Notes under the pieces: generated by a model
The model's database searches: none
Seen by the model: only the letters and a program-made list of their open reading frames with translations
Told to the model about the DNA's origin: nothing
Shown: in pieces, positions 1-12,937 of the stretch
Numbering within the stretch: position 1 is the stretch's first letter
Layout: each line of letters begins with the position of its first letter
DNA from: Octopus sinensis
Lineage: Eukaryota
Assembly (NCBI RefSeq): GCF_006345805.1
Contig: NC_043002.1
Coordinates: 59,086,001-59,150,000 of the forward strand
Direction: 5' to 3'
Length of the DNA: 64,000 nucleotides
Position numbers and translations under genes: made by a program

Positions 1-285
1 TGAAAAGAATTATAGAAATACTATGTCTTTAGAATATTCCCTTTGAAATATATATAACATTGGAGATGATTGTTCCACTTTCATTTGTTTATTTGTTTGT
101 TTGTATGTATGTATATCTACATTTATATATCTACATATACATCTATATATGTAGATATGTTTACATTTACACATGTATGTGTGTTTGTAAGTTCTCTTCT
201 ATTTTTAATTATTTGAAATCTCCCTGTAAGGAAAGGGCTGTTTTCCAACAAAGATACAATGCTCCATCACTGGAATGTATGTATT

Positions 286-800
286 AGCCCCCTCCCCAAA
301 GATTTTGGGCCTTCTGCCTAGAGTAAAAAAGTATATTCATATGTAGATAAGATGGCTAGCTGGCAGAAACGTAAGTGTGCCGGGTGAAATGCTTAGCAGT
401 ATTTTGTCTGTCTTTATGTTTTGTGTTCAAATTCTGCCAAGGCCGACCTTGCCTTTCATCCTTTCAGGGTTGATAAATTAAGTACCAGTTGCATACTGGT
501 GTCGATCTAATCAACTGGCTTCTTCCCCAAAAATTTCAGGCCTTATGCCTAGAGTAGAAAAGTATATCTATAGGTAGATAAGACGGCGAGCTGGCAGAAA
601 TGGTAAGCAATGCTGGGCAAAATGCTTAGCAGTATTTCATCTGTGCTTATGTTCTGAGTTCAAATTCTGCCGAGGTCAACCTTGCCTTTCATCTTATCGG
701 GGTTGATAAATCAAGTACCAATTACATACTGGTGTTGATCTAATCAATTGGCTCCCTCCCCAAAAGTTTTAGGCCTTGTGCCTAGAGAAGAAAAGCATAT
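286..800 (+). mobile_element. Tandem copies of tRNA-derived SINE family A (GGCGAGCTGGCAGAA head)
   Basis: Two near-complete copies starting at ~353 and ~585, each with the GAGTTCAAATT B-box-like motif and the GCCTTTCATCCTTTC..GATAAATTAAGTACCAG body. The same family recurs many times in the window. Confidence 0.75.
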
Positions 801-1575
801 GTAGAATAACGGTGCCAGAATAGGTACTGGTGTTGTAATTAGCTAGTGAACTTGTTAAAGAAAGTATATCAATGACAGAGGCATATTAATACCAAGAGGT
901 GGTATTTATTCCTACTTATTGGCTTTTGGTGCAAAATGCACTCTTGTTTACGTCTCCAGCAGGGAGATAAATTCCATCCATCTCCAGTGTCAAGACCACT
1001 AAATCATGTGATTATGTAGGAGAACATTAGCTAATGTATCTCTCTTCACAGTTAATACTGTAGTATGTGATTTGAGGAAGATTAAGGTATTATTTCTAGA
1101 AAACTGAACAACCACATACAGGCACAGAAATTAAATGTAATATAATGTGATGTGCTGTAATGGCAAAATATGTGGTTGTTACTACATTTTTAGTTATTGT
1201 TGATGTTACTGTTAGTGTTGTAGTAGCTGATAGCTGTGTGTTGTTGTTGTTGTTGTGACTTGTGGCACTTGAATATTATCTTTGTTGTTGCTGCTGCTGC
1301 TGTTGTTGTTGTTGGTCTTGTTAATAGTTCTGAAGCCGGTCTATACATGTTGTTTAGTGTATTGTACAACCCCCACCTTCAGCGATGACAATGACAACAA
1401 CGACCACCACCACTGTAACACCAACAACAACAGCAATCACTACAACCACTGCCCTCAGTGCTGTTACCACCACCACCACAACCACCACCACCACCACCGC
1501 CACCACCGCCACCACTAAAAACAGCAACAATGGCTTGACCTAAAATTCGACTAAATTAAGGTGACTATTGAAAGC

Positions 1576-1609
<34 letters not shown>

Positions 1610-1676
1610 AGGAGGTGTCTTTATGGCTGAGAAATAGGCAATAGCTATGAAATTACCTGAAAATTTGATGTAAACC

Positions 1677-1718
<42 letters not shown>

Positions 1719-2059
1719 CGCACGCATATTTATGTATAAGTCAGTACCCGTGAGTGACTTAGTGCATATAAGAGTCAGCTAATATAAATTTATATACATA
1801 CATGCAATCATACGTGTATGTATGATTACATAACATCTCACCAATATAATACAGATGTAAAAATGTGTTGAAACAATTGTAGTGACTGTAAATAAGCTAT
1901 GTCCTTCATTCCATTTTATATTGTTTATCTATTTATATAATTGCTATGGATGCTATGAAATTCCTGATGTATATTCAATAGCAGAAGCATTTTCACTTAA
2001 TGATGACATTAGGTAGCCAATAACTCTGGATGAGCCTTGCATAATACAGGGTTTTCACT

Positions 2060-2479
2060 TGTATCGTATTTAACTCTGTGTGTCTGTGTGCGTGTGTGTG
2101 TGTGTATCAATGCGTGTGTATGCATGCGTGTATGTATGTATTTATGTATGTATGTACGTATGTATGTATGTATGTGTGTGTGTGTGTGTATGCAGGTGTG
2201 TGAATATGTGTATGTACGTATATATGCATGTGTGTATGTATGTATGTATGTATGTGTGTGTGTATGCAGGTGTGTATATGTGCATGTGTATGTATGTATA
2301 TATGCATGTACGTATGTGTATGTATGCATGTGTATATGTATGTATGAATGTATGTTTGTTTGTACATATGTATGCATGTGTGTGTATGTGTGTGTATGTA
2401 AGTATTTGTGTGCATGTATGTATGTATGTGTGTGTATAGGTATCTATTCTTTTTACTCTAAGTACTCCTGCACCTATGA

Positions 2480-2519
<40 letters not shown>

Positions 2520-2520
2520 G
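2060..2520. repeat. Compound (TG/TA/TATG)n microsatellite
   Basis: Direct reading. It explains the overlapping HT/CV/MY-rich ORFs. Confidence 0.95.
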
Positions 2521-2639
2521 ACTGGACTGGTGCAGCTTTCGGGCTCCCCAGACCCCTGTTGAACCGTCCAACCCATGCTAGCATGGAAAGCGGACGTTAA
2601 ATGATGATGATGATGATGATGATATATATATATATTATT

Positions 2640-2873
2640 TTATTCTTTTCAGTCATTAGACTGCAGCCATGCTGGAGAACCACCTTAAGTTGAACAAATC
2701 AACCCCAGGACTTCTTCTTTGTAAGCCTAGTGCTTATTCTATCGGTCTCTTTTGCCGAACCGCTAAATTACGAGGACATAAATACACCAACATTGGTTGT
2801 GAAGCGATGGTGGGGGGACAAACACAGACACACAAATACATACATACACACACACACACACACATACATACAC

Positions 2874-2906
<33 letters not shown>

Positions 2907-3066
2907 ATGGGCTTTTTTCAGTCTCTGTGTACCAAATCACTCACAAGGCTTTAGTCGGGCTGAGGCGATAGTGCAAGACTCTTGCTCAAGGTCCCACGTA
3001 GTGGAATTGAACCCGGAACCATGTGGTAGAGAAGTAAGCTGATTACCACAGCCACTCCTGCACCTA
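2640..3066 (-). mobile_element. tRNA-derived SINE family B with internal microsatellite
   Basis: Minus strand reads GTGGCTGTG..GGTTCCGGGTTCAATTCC head, a GAAAAAGCCC + (TA/TG)n middle and a CGGCAAAAGAGACCGATAGAATAAG tail. Many copies occur elsewhere (e.g. 15845-16270, 17665-18045, 32900-33265, 59860-60280). Confidence 0.8.
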
Positions 3067-3074
3067 TATGCATT

Positions 3075-6000
3075 CATCATCATCATCATCATCATCATTT
3101 AGCGTCCGTTTTCCATGCTAGCATGGGTTGGACGGTTCTACTGGGGTCTGTGAAGCCAGAAGGCTTCATCAGGCCCAGTCAAATCTGGCAGTGTTTCTAC
3201 GGCTGGATGCCCTTCCTAACGCCAACCACTCCGTGAGTGTAGTGGGTGCTTTTTACGTGCCACCCGCACTGGTGCCAGACAGAGCTGGCAAACGGCCACG
3301 AACGGATGGTGCTTTTTATATGTGCCACCGGCACGAGGGCCAGGCGAGGCTGGCAACGGACACGAAACGGGGCGGTGCTGGCAACGGTCGCGAAACGGAA
3401 AGTTCTCTTACATGCCACCGGCACTGGTAACACATCTGCAATTTCCATTGATCGATTTCGATTCTGATCCTCACTTGCCTCAATGGGTCTTCACAAGCAG
3501 AGTTTCGACATGCCACCGGCACTGGTAGCACATCTGCAATTTCCATTGATCGATTTCGATTCTGATCCTCACTTGCCTCAACACGTCTTCACAAGTAGAG
3601 TTTTGTGTCCCAAGAAGGGAAGGTATGCATACGTAGGCTGGCTCCATCCCATGTAGAAGGCCACGGGTTGTGGACTCACTTGTCCTGCCGGGTCTTCTCG
3701 CGCACAGCACACTTCCAGAGGTCTCGGTCTCTAGTCATTTCCTCAGTGAGACCTAAAGTTCGAAGGTCGTGCTTCACCACCTCGTCCCAGGTTTTCCTGG
3801 GTCTGCCTCTTCCACAGGTTCCCTCAACCGCTAGGGTGTGGCACTTTTTCACACAACTATCTTCATCCATTCTCGCCACATGACCATACCAGCACAAACG
3901 TCTCTCTTGCACACCACAACTGATGCTTCTTAGGTCCAGCTTTTCTCTCAAGGTACTTACACTCTGCCGAGTGTGAGTACCGGCATTACACATCCATCGG
4001 AGCATACTGGCTTCATTTCTAGCGAGCTTACGCATATCCTCAGCAGTCACGGCCCATGTTTCACTGCCATGTAGCATGGCTGTTCGTACACACGCATCAT
4101 ACAGTCTGCCTTTCACTCTGTGCGAGAGGCCTTTTGTCACCAGCAGAGGTAAGAGCTCTCTGAACTTTGCCCAAGCTATTCTTACTCTAGCAGTTACACT
4201 TTCAGCACACCCGCCCCCGCTGCTGACTTGGTCACCTAGGTAACGGAAACTATCAACTATTTCTAGTTTTTCTCCCTGGAAAGTGACGGAAGTTGGTCTC
4301 AGAGCATTTTCAGTGTTTATTGTTCCTGAGCATCTGCCACATACAAAAACCATCTTCCTAGTTAGCCTTCCTTTGACATTGCTGCATCTCTTATGTGTCC
4401 ATAGCTTACACTTGGTGCATCTTATAGAGTTTCTACCTACACCTTTTCTACAGATCGAGCAGGGCCATCTACCTGAAGGTGTTTGTGATTTGTCTACCTT
4501 CCTACTGATTACGACTTTGGTTTTAGCTAGATTGACTCTGAGGCCCTTCGATTCTAATCCTTGTTTCCACACCTGAAACTTCTCCTCCAGTTCTGATAGC
4601 GACTCAGCAATTAGAGCAAGGTCATCAGCATAGAGGAGCTCCCAAGGGCATCCTGTCTTGAATTCCTCCGTTATTGCCTGGAGGACTATGATAAATAGGA
4701 GGGGGCTGAGTACTGAGCCTTGGTGGACCCCTACCTCTACCCGGAATTCTTCACTGTACTCATTTCCAACCCTCACCCTACTAGCGCGTCCCCTATACAT
4801 GGCCCGCACAGCTCTCACTAACCATTCATCTATCCCTAGTTTTCTCATTGCCCACCAGATAAGGGATCGGGGGACCCTGTCGAAGGCTTTCTCCATGTCA
4901 ACAAAAGCCAGGTACAGGGGCTTATCTTTGGCTAGGTATTTCTCCTGCAGCTGCCTTACCAGGAATATAGCATCAGTAGTACTTTTCCCTGGCACAAACC
5001 CAAACTGCATCTCATCTAAACTAACTCTCTCTCTAATTAGTTGGGCTATGACCCTCTCCGTAACCTTCATCACCTGGTCCAACAGCTTGATACCTCTGTA
5101 GTTATTTGTATCTAGGGCATCACCTTTACCTTTGTAGCAGTTGACTATTATACTGCTACACCAGTCATTGGGTATGACCCCTTTGTGTATCACCTGATTA
5201 ACTATATGGGTGACTAGGCTATAGCCGACACTACCAGACATTTTGAGCATCTCTGCAGTGATTCCTGATGGGCCTGGGGCTTTCCCTGTCTTCATGCTTC
5301 TAATTGCCTTAGCTACCACAGAACTATCAACTCGGATAGCTGGTCCCTCTGTTGGGTCAACATTCGGCAGACTCTCTTTATCCCATTCATTTTCTTCATT
5401 CAGCAACCTTTCATAGTGGCATCTCCAAACCTCTCTCTTCGCATCCTCATTTAGCGCAAGTGAACCATCTTCCATGCGAACACACTTCTCTCCTACCACA
5501 TCACGATTCTCTCTCAAACACTGTCTTGCAACACGAAACACCTCCAGTCTTTGGTCCTCACGGCGCAGAACATTGGCAAATTTTTTCTTATCTGCTTCCC
5601 CTCTGGCTAAATAAACCTGTCTCCTAGCTTCTCTTTTGGCAGTCTGATACAATTCCCTGCTACCCCCATTTTTCCAGACCTTCCAAGCCTGTCTCTTTTC
5701 TCTAATAGCCCTGTCTACAATATTGTTCCACCACCACGTTATTCTAGGTCGAGAGGGGACTTTGCACCAGCCACAGATCTGGTCAGTGGCTCTCAGCAGG
5801 TTGTCCCTTAGAAACGTCCAGCTGTCTTCTACCCCCTGTGATGCTCTATCCCCTTCTACTTCGTCAGAGGCTTCAAGTAATATGTCCCTAAATCTCTGTC
5901 CATTTGCAGGATCTTTAAGCTTCCAGATCCTTCTTCTCCATATTTGTCGTCTCTCTGGTTGTCCTCCTAGTCCTGATCCTAAAGTCACTAACTACCAGTC

Positions 6001-6670
6001 TATGTTGTGGGGTACATTCTTCACCTGGGAAGGTTTTGGCATTTATAAGCAGCCATCTCTCCCTTTGCCTTGTAAGGATGTAGTCAATTTGGCTGGTATG
6101 TTGGCCCGATTGGTAAGTGACTAGGTGGCTGGTAGGTTTCCTGAAGTTAGTGTTGCAAATCACAAGATTATTTGCATCGCAGAACTCCAGCAGCCTGGTT
6201 CCCTCCTCGTTGCGGGAGCCATAGCCATAGCCTCCATGTACGCCATGGAAGCCCCCAGCATGTCGTCCAACGTGACCATTGAAGTCACCAGCCACAAAGA
6301 TAAGGTCTCTGTCGTTCGTCAATGAGGTAGTCTGCAGTAGAGTGTCATAGAATCGGTCTTTCTGTCCATCGGGTAGCCCCGACTGAGGAGCATAGGCTGA
6401 TATAATGGTTGCTAAACTATGATGAAGCACTAATCTAATCTTAAGTTTCTGTCACTTACTCTGATTACCTCAATTACTTTATCTACCCATTTCTCAGCGA
6501 TAAGTATAACACCGCCACCAACCCCGTCAGTGTTCCCTGCCCAGAAAATCTTGTACCTGCGTTCCTTGCCTGTGAGGAACCTAGCTGATCCTCCTCTCCA
6601 CCTTATTTCTTGCATGCAACATATATCCACACATCTCCGTTCAAGCATCTCGACTATCTCACCAGACCTA
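3075..6670 (-). mobile_element. RTE-clade non-LTR retrotransposon, 5'-truncated, with 3' UTR and (GAT)n tail
   Basis: Endonuclease and RT ORFs, a 3' UTR with repeated GTGGCACGTAAAAAGCACC motifs and a 98-bp internal duplication (~3411-3600), and a (TCA)n tail on plus at ~3075-3097. It stops at a (TA)n tract near 6670. Confidence 0.93.
3676..6648 (-). pseudogene. RTE ORF: apurinic endonuclease + reverse transcriptase, split by two frameshifts (~6430 and ~5960-5990)
   Basis: EN motifs MQEIRW, SAYAPQ, AGDFNGHVG, SQIDYIL and HRLVVSDF. RT motifs KTGKAPGPSG, NYRGIKLL, QFGFVPGKST, FVDMEKAFDRV, GVHQGSVLSPLLF, LLYADD, FRYLGD and MLHGSETW. Confidence 0.93.
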
Positions 6671-7112
6671 TATATATATATGCAAACATAATCTTACTCA
6701 TTCATATTAACCTATTGACCTATTTTATATAATCCAGCAATATATACATACACAAAGAGATCTGTTCATGTGTGTGTGTATAAATAAATATATGTATATA
6801 TACATGTGTGTGTGTGTATATGCCTGTATAGATGTATATATATGTGCATGCATGCTTCTTTGGTTGTATAAATACATACAAGTTTCGAAATGTATCCTTT
6901 TGTCAGAAGTTTGTGTAGAACATGATATATATTTGTCATATGTAAAGCAAGCAAAGTTTAAATGTTTATATAAACATGTTTACATGACATATGACAAGCT
7001 CACATGTGCACACTCTCACATACACAGAGTTACATTTACAGACTCACATACACTCACAAAGTCTTACACACTCACACACACACTTACACACTCTTACACA
7101 TGTTCACACAAA

Positions 7113-7697
7113 CATCATCATCATCATTGTTTAATGACCACTTTCCATGCTGGTATGGGTTGGACGGTTTGACTGAGGACTGGTGAACCAGAAGGCTGCA
7201 CCAGGCTCCAATCTTATCTGGCAACGTTTCTACAGCTGGATGCCCTTCTTAATGCCAAACACTCTGTGAGTGTAGTGGGTGCTTTTACATGCCACTGGCA
7301 CAAAGGCCAGTCAGGTGGGTCTGGCAATGACCATGCTCGAATGTTGTTTTTCATGTGCTGGTAAGGCGACACTGGCGATGATCATGCTCGAATGGTGCTT
7401 TTTATGTGCCACCGGCACAGGAGCCAATCAGTAGCCCTGGTGATGATCATGCTCAGATGGTGCTTTTAATGTTCCACTTTCATGACTGCAATCAAGCGGT
7501 ACTGTCATCGGCCACATCAGTGATTTTGATTATTTACACTTGCCTCAATAGGTTTTTGCAAGTAGAGTTCATTGTCCAATGAATGAGGGATACTCATATG
7601 TGGGCTGGTTACACCCACTGGCATAGGCCATGGGTTATGGTCTCACTTGGCTTGCCGGGTCTTCTCAAGCACAACATATCTCCAAAGGTCTCGGTCG
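7113..7697 (-). mobile_element. RTE 3'-end/3' UTR copy
   Basis: Homologous to 3075-3730, including CCATGCTGGTATGGGTTGGACGG, CTGGATGCCCTTC and the ORF C-terminal remnant. Confidence 0.8.
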
Positions 7698-8506
7698 CTA
7701 GCCCCGGTCCGACCAAAGGCTTGTGAGTGAATTTGGTAGACAGAAACTGAAAGAAGCCCATTGTATATATATATATATATATATAATATATATATCTGTG
7801 TGTGTTTGTGTTTGCCTACCCTCCATTGCTTGACAATCATAACGTAGTGGTTTGGCATAACAAAGAATAGCTCCTAGGGTTAATTTGTTCAACTTAAGGC
7901 AGTGCTCTAGCATGGCCACAGTCAAATGATTGAAACAAGTAAAAGAATTATAGAAATATAACCAATTTATTGCAGATAAATTTTAAGAACAAAATTTTAT
8001 AGAAAACTCCAAGGCTCATATGGACCCTAGTCAAAAACCACTACAACTGACCCTACTCCATATTATATTGATATCTATTTCTTAAACTGGGTCTTTGAAT
8101 ATCTGTTTATTAAACTAGGTCTTCGAATTCACTTGTGCTATATTTCTAGCAAGAGTACATGACAAATTCCCTCCATACTTTCATTTAACAGCAAATAATA
8201 TTTGTTTTTTTATTGCATTTTCTTTGTTATCTTTTTGTGTTCTTGTTGAAATATGAAAGGAATGTGACTATGATTGGCTCAGGTCAAAATTGCCAAGTAA
8301 CTCATCCCAAATAATAAATAAGGAATTTTAACATATAGGTGCAGGCGTGGCTATGTTGTAAGAGGTTTTCTTCCTAACCCCATGGTTCCTGGTTCAATTC
8401 CACTGCATGGCACCTTGGGCAAGTGTCTTCTACTATAGCCTCAGGCCGACCAAAGCTTTGTGAGTGGATTTGGTAGACAGAAACTGAAAGATGCCTGCCA
8501 TACATG

Positions 8507-8537
<31 letters not shown>

Positions 8538-8569
8538 GTATGTATGTGTGTGTGTATGTTCGTGTGTCC

Positions 8570-9335
8570 ATGCACCACATAAAAAGCACCTGGTACTACA
8601 TAAAAAGCACCTGGTGCCACATAAAAAGCACCTGTACTGGTACCACATATAAAGCACCTGTGCTGGTGCCATGTAAAAAGTACCTGAGCTGGTGCCACAT
8701 AAAAAGCACTGTGCTTGTGCCACGTAAAAAGTACCTGTGCTGGTGCCACATAAAATGTACCTGTGCTGGTTCCACGTAAAAAGCACCTGTATTGGTGCCA
8801 CATAAAAAGCACCTGCACTGGTTCCACATAAAAAGCTCTGTGCTTGTGCCATGTAAAAAGCACTGTGCTTGTGCCACATAAAAAGCACCTGTGCTGGTGC
8901 CACATAAAAAGTACCTGTGCTGGTTCCATGTAAACGGCACCTGTGCTGGTGCCACATAAAAAGCATTGTGCTGGTGCTACATAAAGAATACCTGTGCTGG
9001 TGCCATATAAAAAGCACCTGTGCTGGTCTCACATAAAAAGCACTTGTGCTGGTGCCATGTAAAGGTATCTGTGCTAGTGTCATGTAGAAATCACCCATGC
9101 TGGTGTCATATAAAAAGCACTCATGCTGATCCCACATGTAAAGCACTGGTGTTGGTCCCACGTAAAATGCACCCAACACACTCTGTAAAGTGGTTGGCAT
9201 TAGGAAGGGCATCCAGGCATAGAAACCATGTCACAACAGAAAACTGGAGCCTGGTGCAACTCTCCAGCTTGCCAGCTTCTGTCAAACTGGATGTTAAATG
9301 ATTATGATGGAAAACGAATGTTAAATGATGATGAT
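8570..9335 (+). repeat. ~26-bp minisatellite (GTGCTGGTGCCACATAAAAAGCACCT)n running into an RTE 3' tail
   Basis: About 20 degenerate units from 8570 to ~9170, followed by GTGGTTGGCATTAGGAAGGGCATCCAG and a GAT-rich tail. Confidence 0.85.
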
Positions 9336-9728
9336 CTTTCCTGGGGTTGATAAAATAAGTACCAGTCATACCACCAAGGTTTGATTCAATTAACTTTTTA
9401 TATTTCTTGAAACGTATGTGGTCTTGTGTACAGCTTAAAAATCCTTTTTACAGAGAAATGTTATGAGTATAAGTTGATTTTAAATATTTATACCTCTTGT
9501 TTATCTCCTTCAAAGACTGAACCTTAATTAAATTAATCCAGGCAGGTATATACATGAATCCACCTCTGTCTAAAAGTTATTTGCAGGAATTTACCTGCAT
9601 ATACTTGAGAGCTAATCAAAGTGACACACAGACATATGTCCACTTTACATCACCTCCCACCCTAACCCTCACTATTTATCAATCTGCTGTGTGTCCCTCA
9701 ACCTCTATCGCTTATTAATGCTCACCTA

Positions 9729-9781
<53 letters not shown>

Positions 9782-10311
9782 CATCATTATTATTATAAGA
9801 GGTTTCAGTCTCTGCCAGGGGTCTTATTCAAATGGTTGTAAGCTGGCAGAATCGATGCTGTATCAGACAAAATGTTTAATTGTATTCCTTTTGATTCTTT
9901 ACGTTCTGAGATCAAATTCTGTTGGGGTTGATTTTGTCTGTGACTCTTTTTAGGTTTGATAGAATAAGTACCAGTTGAGGTTTGGAGTCAATGTAATCAA
10001 GTACCCCATCTCTAAAATTGCTGGCCTTGAGCTCAAAATTAGAAAGAGTTATTATTATTATCATTTAAGGTAAGGCAGCGAGCTGGCAGAATCGTTAGCA
10101 CACTGGGCGAAATGCTTACTGGTATTTCATCTGTCTTTACGTTCTGAGTTCAAATTCTGCTAAAGTCGTCAACTTTGCCTTTCATCCTTTCGGGGGTCAA
10201 TATATTTAGTACCAGTTGCATACTGGGGTCGATTTAATCGACTGCTCCCTCCCCCAAAATTTCAGGCCTTGTGGCTATAGTAGAAGGATTATTATTATTA
10301 TTATTATTATT

Positions 10312-10716
10312 TTATGTTTGACATTTGGTTTGTATTTATACAAGTTGGCTCCAAATCTCACCCAGAGACCTCAAGAGACAACAAGTTAGAAGTTCATGTT
10401 GGTGTTATGCCTAGGGTGTCATATAATTGGTTTTGTACATAGTATTGTTCTAGAGAATGTTTAAGAAAACATCAGAAAATTATGAGTTTGTTTTAAAATT
10501 TGAGATTACATAGAAAGTATTTTATGTAGGATATGGGTTAGGGTTCCCATGAGCACTATCTTTTGAATTTCTACCATTTGGCGGGGTGGTGGTGGTTTCC
10601 TGGTATTTGAGGTAGGTAACAATCAGCCCCTTTTGCTACCATTCCTAGGGCACCTATGACAACAGGTATTATTTTAGTTTTGAGGTTCCACATTTTGCCA
10701 GTTTCTATTTCAGGAT
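10312..10716 (-). mobile_element. 3' end of a restriction-like-endonuclease (RLE) non-LTR retrotransposon
   Basis: Minus-strand translation KDPEIETGKMWNLKTKIIPVVIGALG...IQKIVLMGT..ILHKILSM* matches the C-terminus typical of R4-like RLE elements. An (AAT)n tract lies at its 3' end. Confidence 0.7.
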
Positions 10717-10717
10717 C

Positions 10718-10749
<32 letters not shown>

Positions 10750-11004
10750 CATTATTTATTATTATTATTATTATGTAAAGGCAGTGAGCTGGCAGAATTG
10801 TTAGCATGCTGGGCGAAATGCTTCATGGTATTTTGTCTGTCCTTACTTTCTGATTTCAAATTCCACCAAGGTTGACTTTGCCTTTTATCCTTTCAGGATT
10901 AGTAAATTAAGTACCAGTGGAGTACTGGGGTTGATGTAATTGACTAGTCCCCTCCCCACAAATCTCAGGCCTCATGCTTATAGTAGAAAGAATTATCATT
11001 AATG

Positions 11005-11640
11005 TGACAAGGTGGAGACGGTGAGAGGGTTTTGTTATTTGGGAGATAAGGTGGATGTAAGTGGTGGATGTGAAGCAGCTGTGACAGCAAGAGTGAGACT
11101 TGGCTGGGTGAAGTTAGGGAATGTGGAGCGTTGTTATATGGGAAAAGGTTCTCATTGAAGATGAAAGAAAGGTTCTATAGGAGTTGTGTGAGATCTGCAA
11201 TGCTATATGGGAGTGAGACCTGGTGTTTGAGAGAGAGAGAGATGGCAATTTTGAGAAGGACTGAGAGAGCAACGGTGAGAAAAATGTGTGGCATGAGGCT
11301 GTTTGATAAGAAGAGGACTAAGGATTTGATGGGGATGCTGGGGTTGGACGAATAGGTAGAATGACTGGCAAGGGTGAATGGAGTGAGGTGGTGTGGGCAT
11401 GTGTTGAGGTGGGATGAGGAGCATGTTCTGAAGAGGGTGATTGCGTTTGAGGTAAACAGAGTGTGAAAGCCAGGTAGACCAAGGAAAATGTGGAGGAGGA
11501 GATGGGGAGGGTTAGCTTGAGAGAGAGGACGCCCAAAGCCAGGCAAGATGGTGAGATGGTGTAAGGGTGGTCGCTATGGCATTGAGATCGAACTGGCCAC
11601 CCTTGTTAATGGGGACAAAACCTGGATTCAATATGATGGA
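11005..11640 (+). mobile_element. RTE 3' fragment, different and more decayed subfamily
   Basis: LYGKRFSLKMKERFYRSCVRSAMLYGSETWCL followed by a WCGHVLR-like segment and a stop codon. Confidence 0.8.
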
Positions 11641-12249
11641 TGGATAGATTGGGTTTTGTTTCAGGCACAGAAAATCAGAAATAAAACTGTATTTAACTCA
11701 CATATCTTCGTACTTTGTGTTCAATTCCTACTGAAGTTGACTGTAGATGTCCCTCTCTAGAGAAACCATAGAGTTATGATCTTTTATACCCATTCCCACA
11801 AAATTTGTGCCTTTGAGAATGTGACACAAAATCAGTTTTTTGTTAACTTTTTGTAGCTAAGAACAATATCATTATTATGATACTCATTTTGTGAATTTAA
11901 CCATTTTTTCCCCCTATTTTTTGGTAATTTCGTGTTTGGGTTATTCTATGTCATGATCATCACTGTCATTATGATCATCATCATCGCCACCATTGTCGTC
12001 ATCATCATTACCATCGTGGCTGTCATCATCTTTTACGTTTGTTCCTTTTTGTTTCTTTTGTCTTCCATGTCTTTCCATCTTATATTTACATTGTTAGTGT
12101 TATATCATTAATTCTGTTTCTCCACTTCTTCCACCTCCTCATCATCTACTTTCCTCTCTCCACACACACACACACACACGCACACACACACGTTTACCTC
12201 ATACTCTCTTGTCATTCACTATGCCCATTCTGTAGATTTTTAAAAAAAC

Positions 12250-12800
12250 TCTCTCTCTCTCTCTTTCTTCTCCATCTCTCTCTTCATCTCCCTTTCTTCT
12301 CTCTTTCTTCTCCCTCCCTCTCTCTTCTTCCTCACTCTCTCTCTTCATCTCTCTCCTCCTCTCTTCTCACCCTCTCTCCCTCTTCATCTCTCTCTCTCCT
12401 TTCTTCTCCCACTCTCTCTCTTCATCTCTCTCCCTCTCCTTTCTTTCTCCCTCTGTCTCTTTCTTCATCTCTCTCCTTTCTCCTCCTCTCTCCTTTCTTC
12501 TCTCCCTCTCTCTTCATCTCTCCTTCTTTCTCTCTCTCTCTTCATCTCTCCTTCTTTCTCTCTCTCTCTTCATCTCTCCTTTCTTTTCCCCCTCTATCTC
12601 TTCATCTTTCTCCTCTCATCTTCTCCCTCTCTGTCTCTTCATCTCTCTTCCCCTCTCTCCTTCTCCCCCTCTCTTCATCTCTCTCCTTCTCGTCCTCTCT
12701 CTTTTCTTCTCCCCTCACTCCTTCTCCCCCTCTCTTCATCTCTCTCCCTGTCTCTTTCTATCTTGCTTTCCTTCTCACTCATTTTCTCTTTGTCTAGTTA
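12250..12800. repeat. CT-rich low-complexity tract (TCTCTCTTCA-like units)
   Basis: Direct reading. It lies just upstream of the large exon. Confidence 0.9.
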
Positions 12801-12937
12801 TCTGTTTTACTTATTTCTTTTTTTCTTTTATCTTTGCAGGATGAACTGGATTACTGCAGATTAACGATAATCTCAATAATTGGCTTGGCAATTATTTTTT
12901 TTTTAACAACCTTTTTTTTTTCCTATCTGCGGAAAAG

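Noticed and set aside
2009-2600. Many 60-190 aa ORFs rich in HT/YI/CV/MY (also at 47-50 kb and 61.6-62 kb)
   Set aside because: They are translations of (CA/TG/TA)n microsatellites and appear in several frames on both strands.
8433-9212. 259-aa repetitive ORF (FYVAPAQVLFMW...)
   Set aside because: It is the antisense translation of the 26-bp minisatellite.
12039-12797. 252-aa and similar S/L/F/P-rich ORFs (also 53286-53780)
   Set aside because: They are read-through of CT-rich low-complexity tracts.
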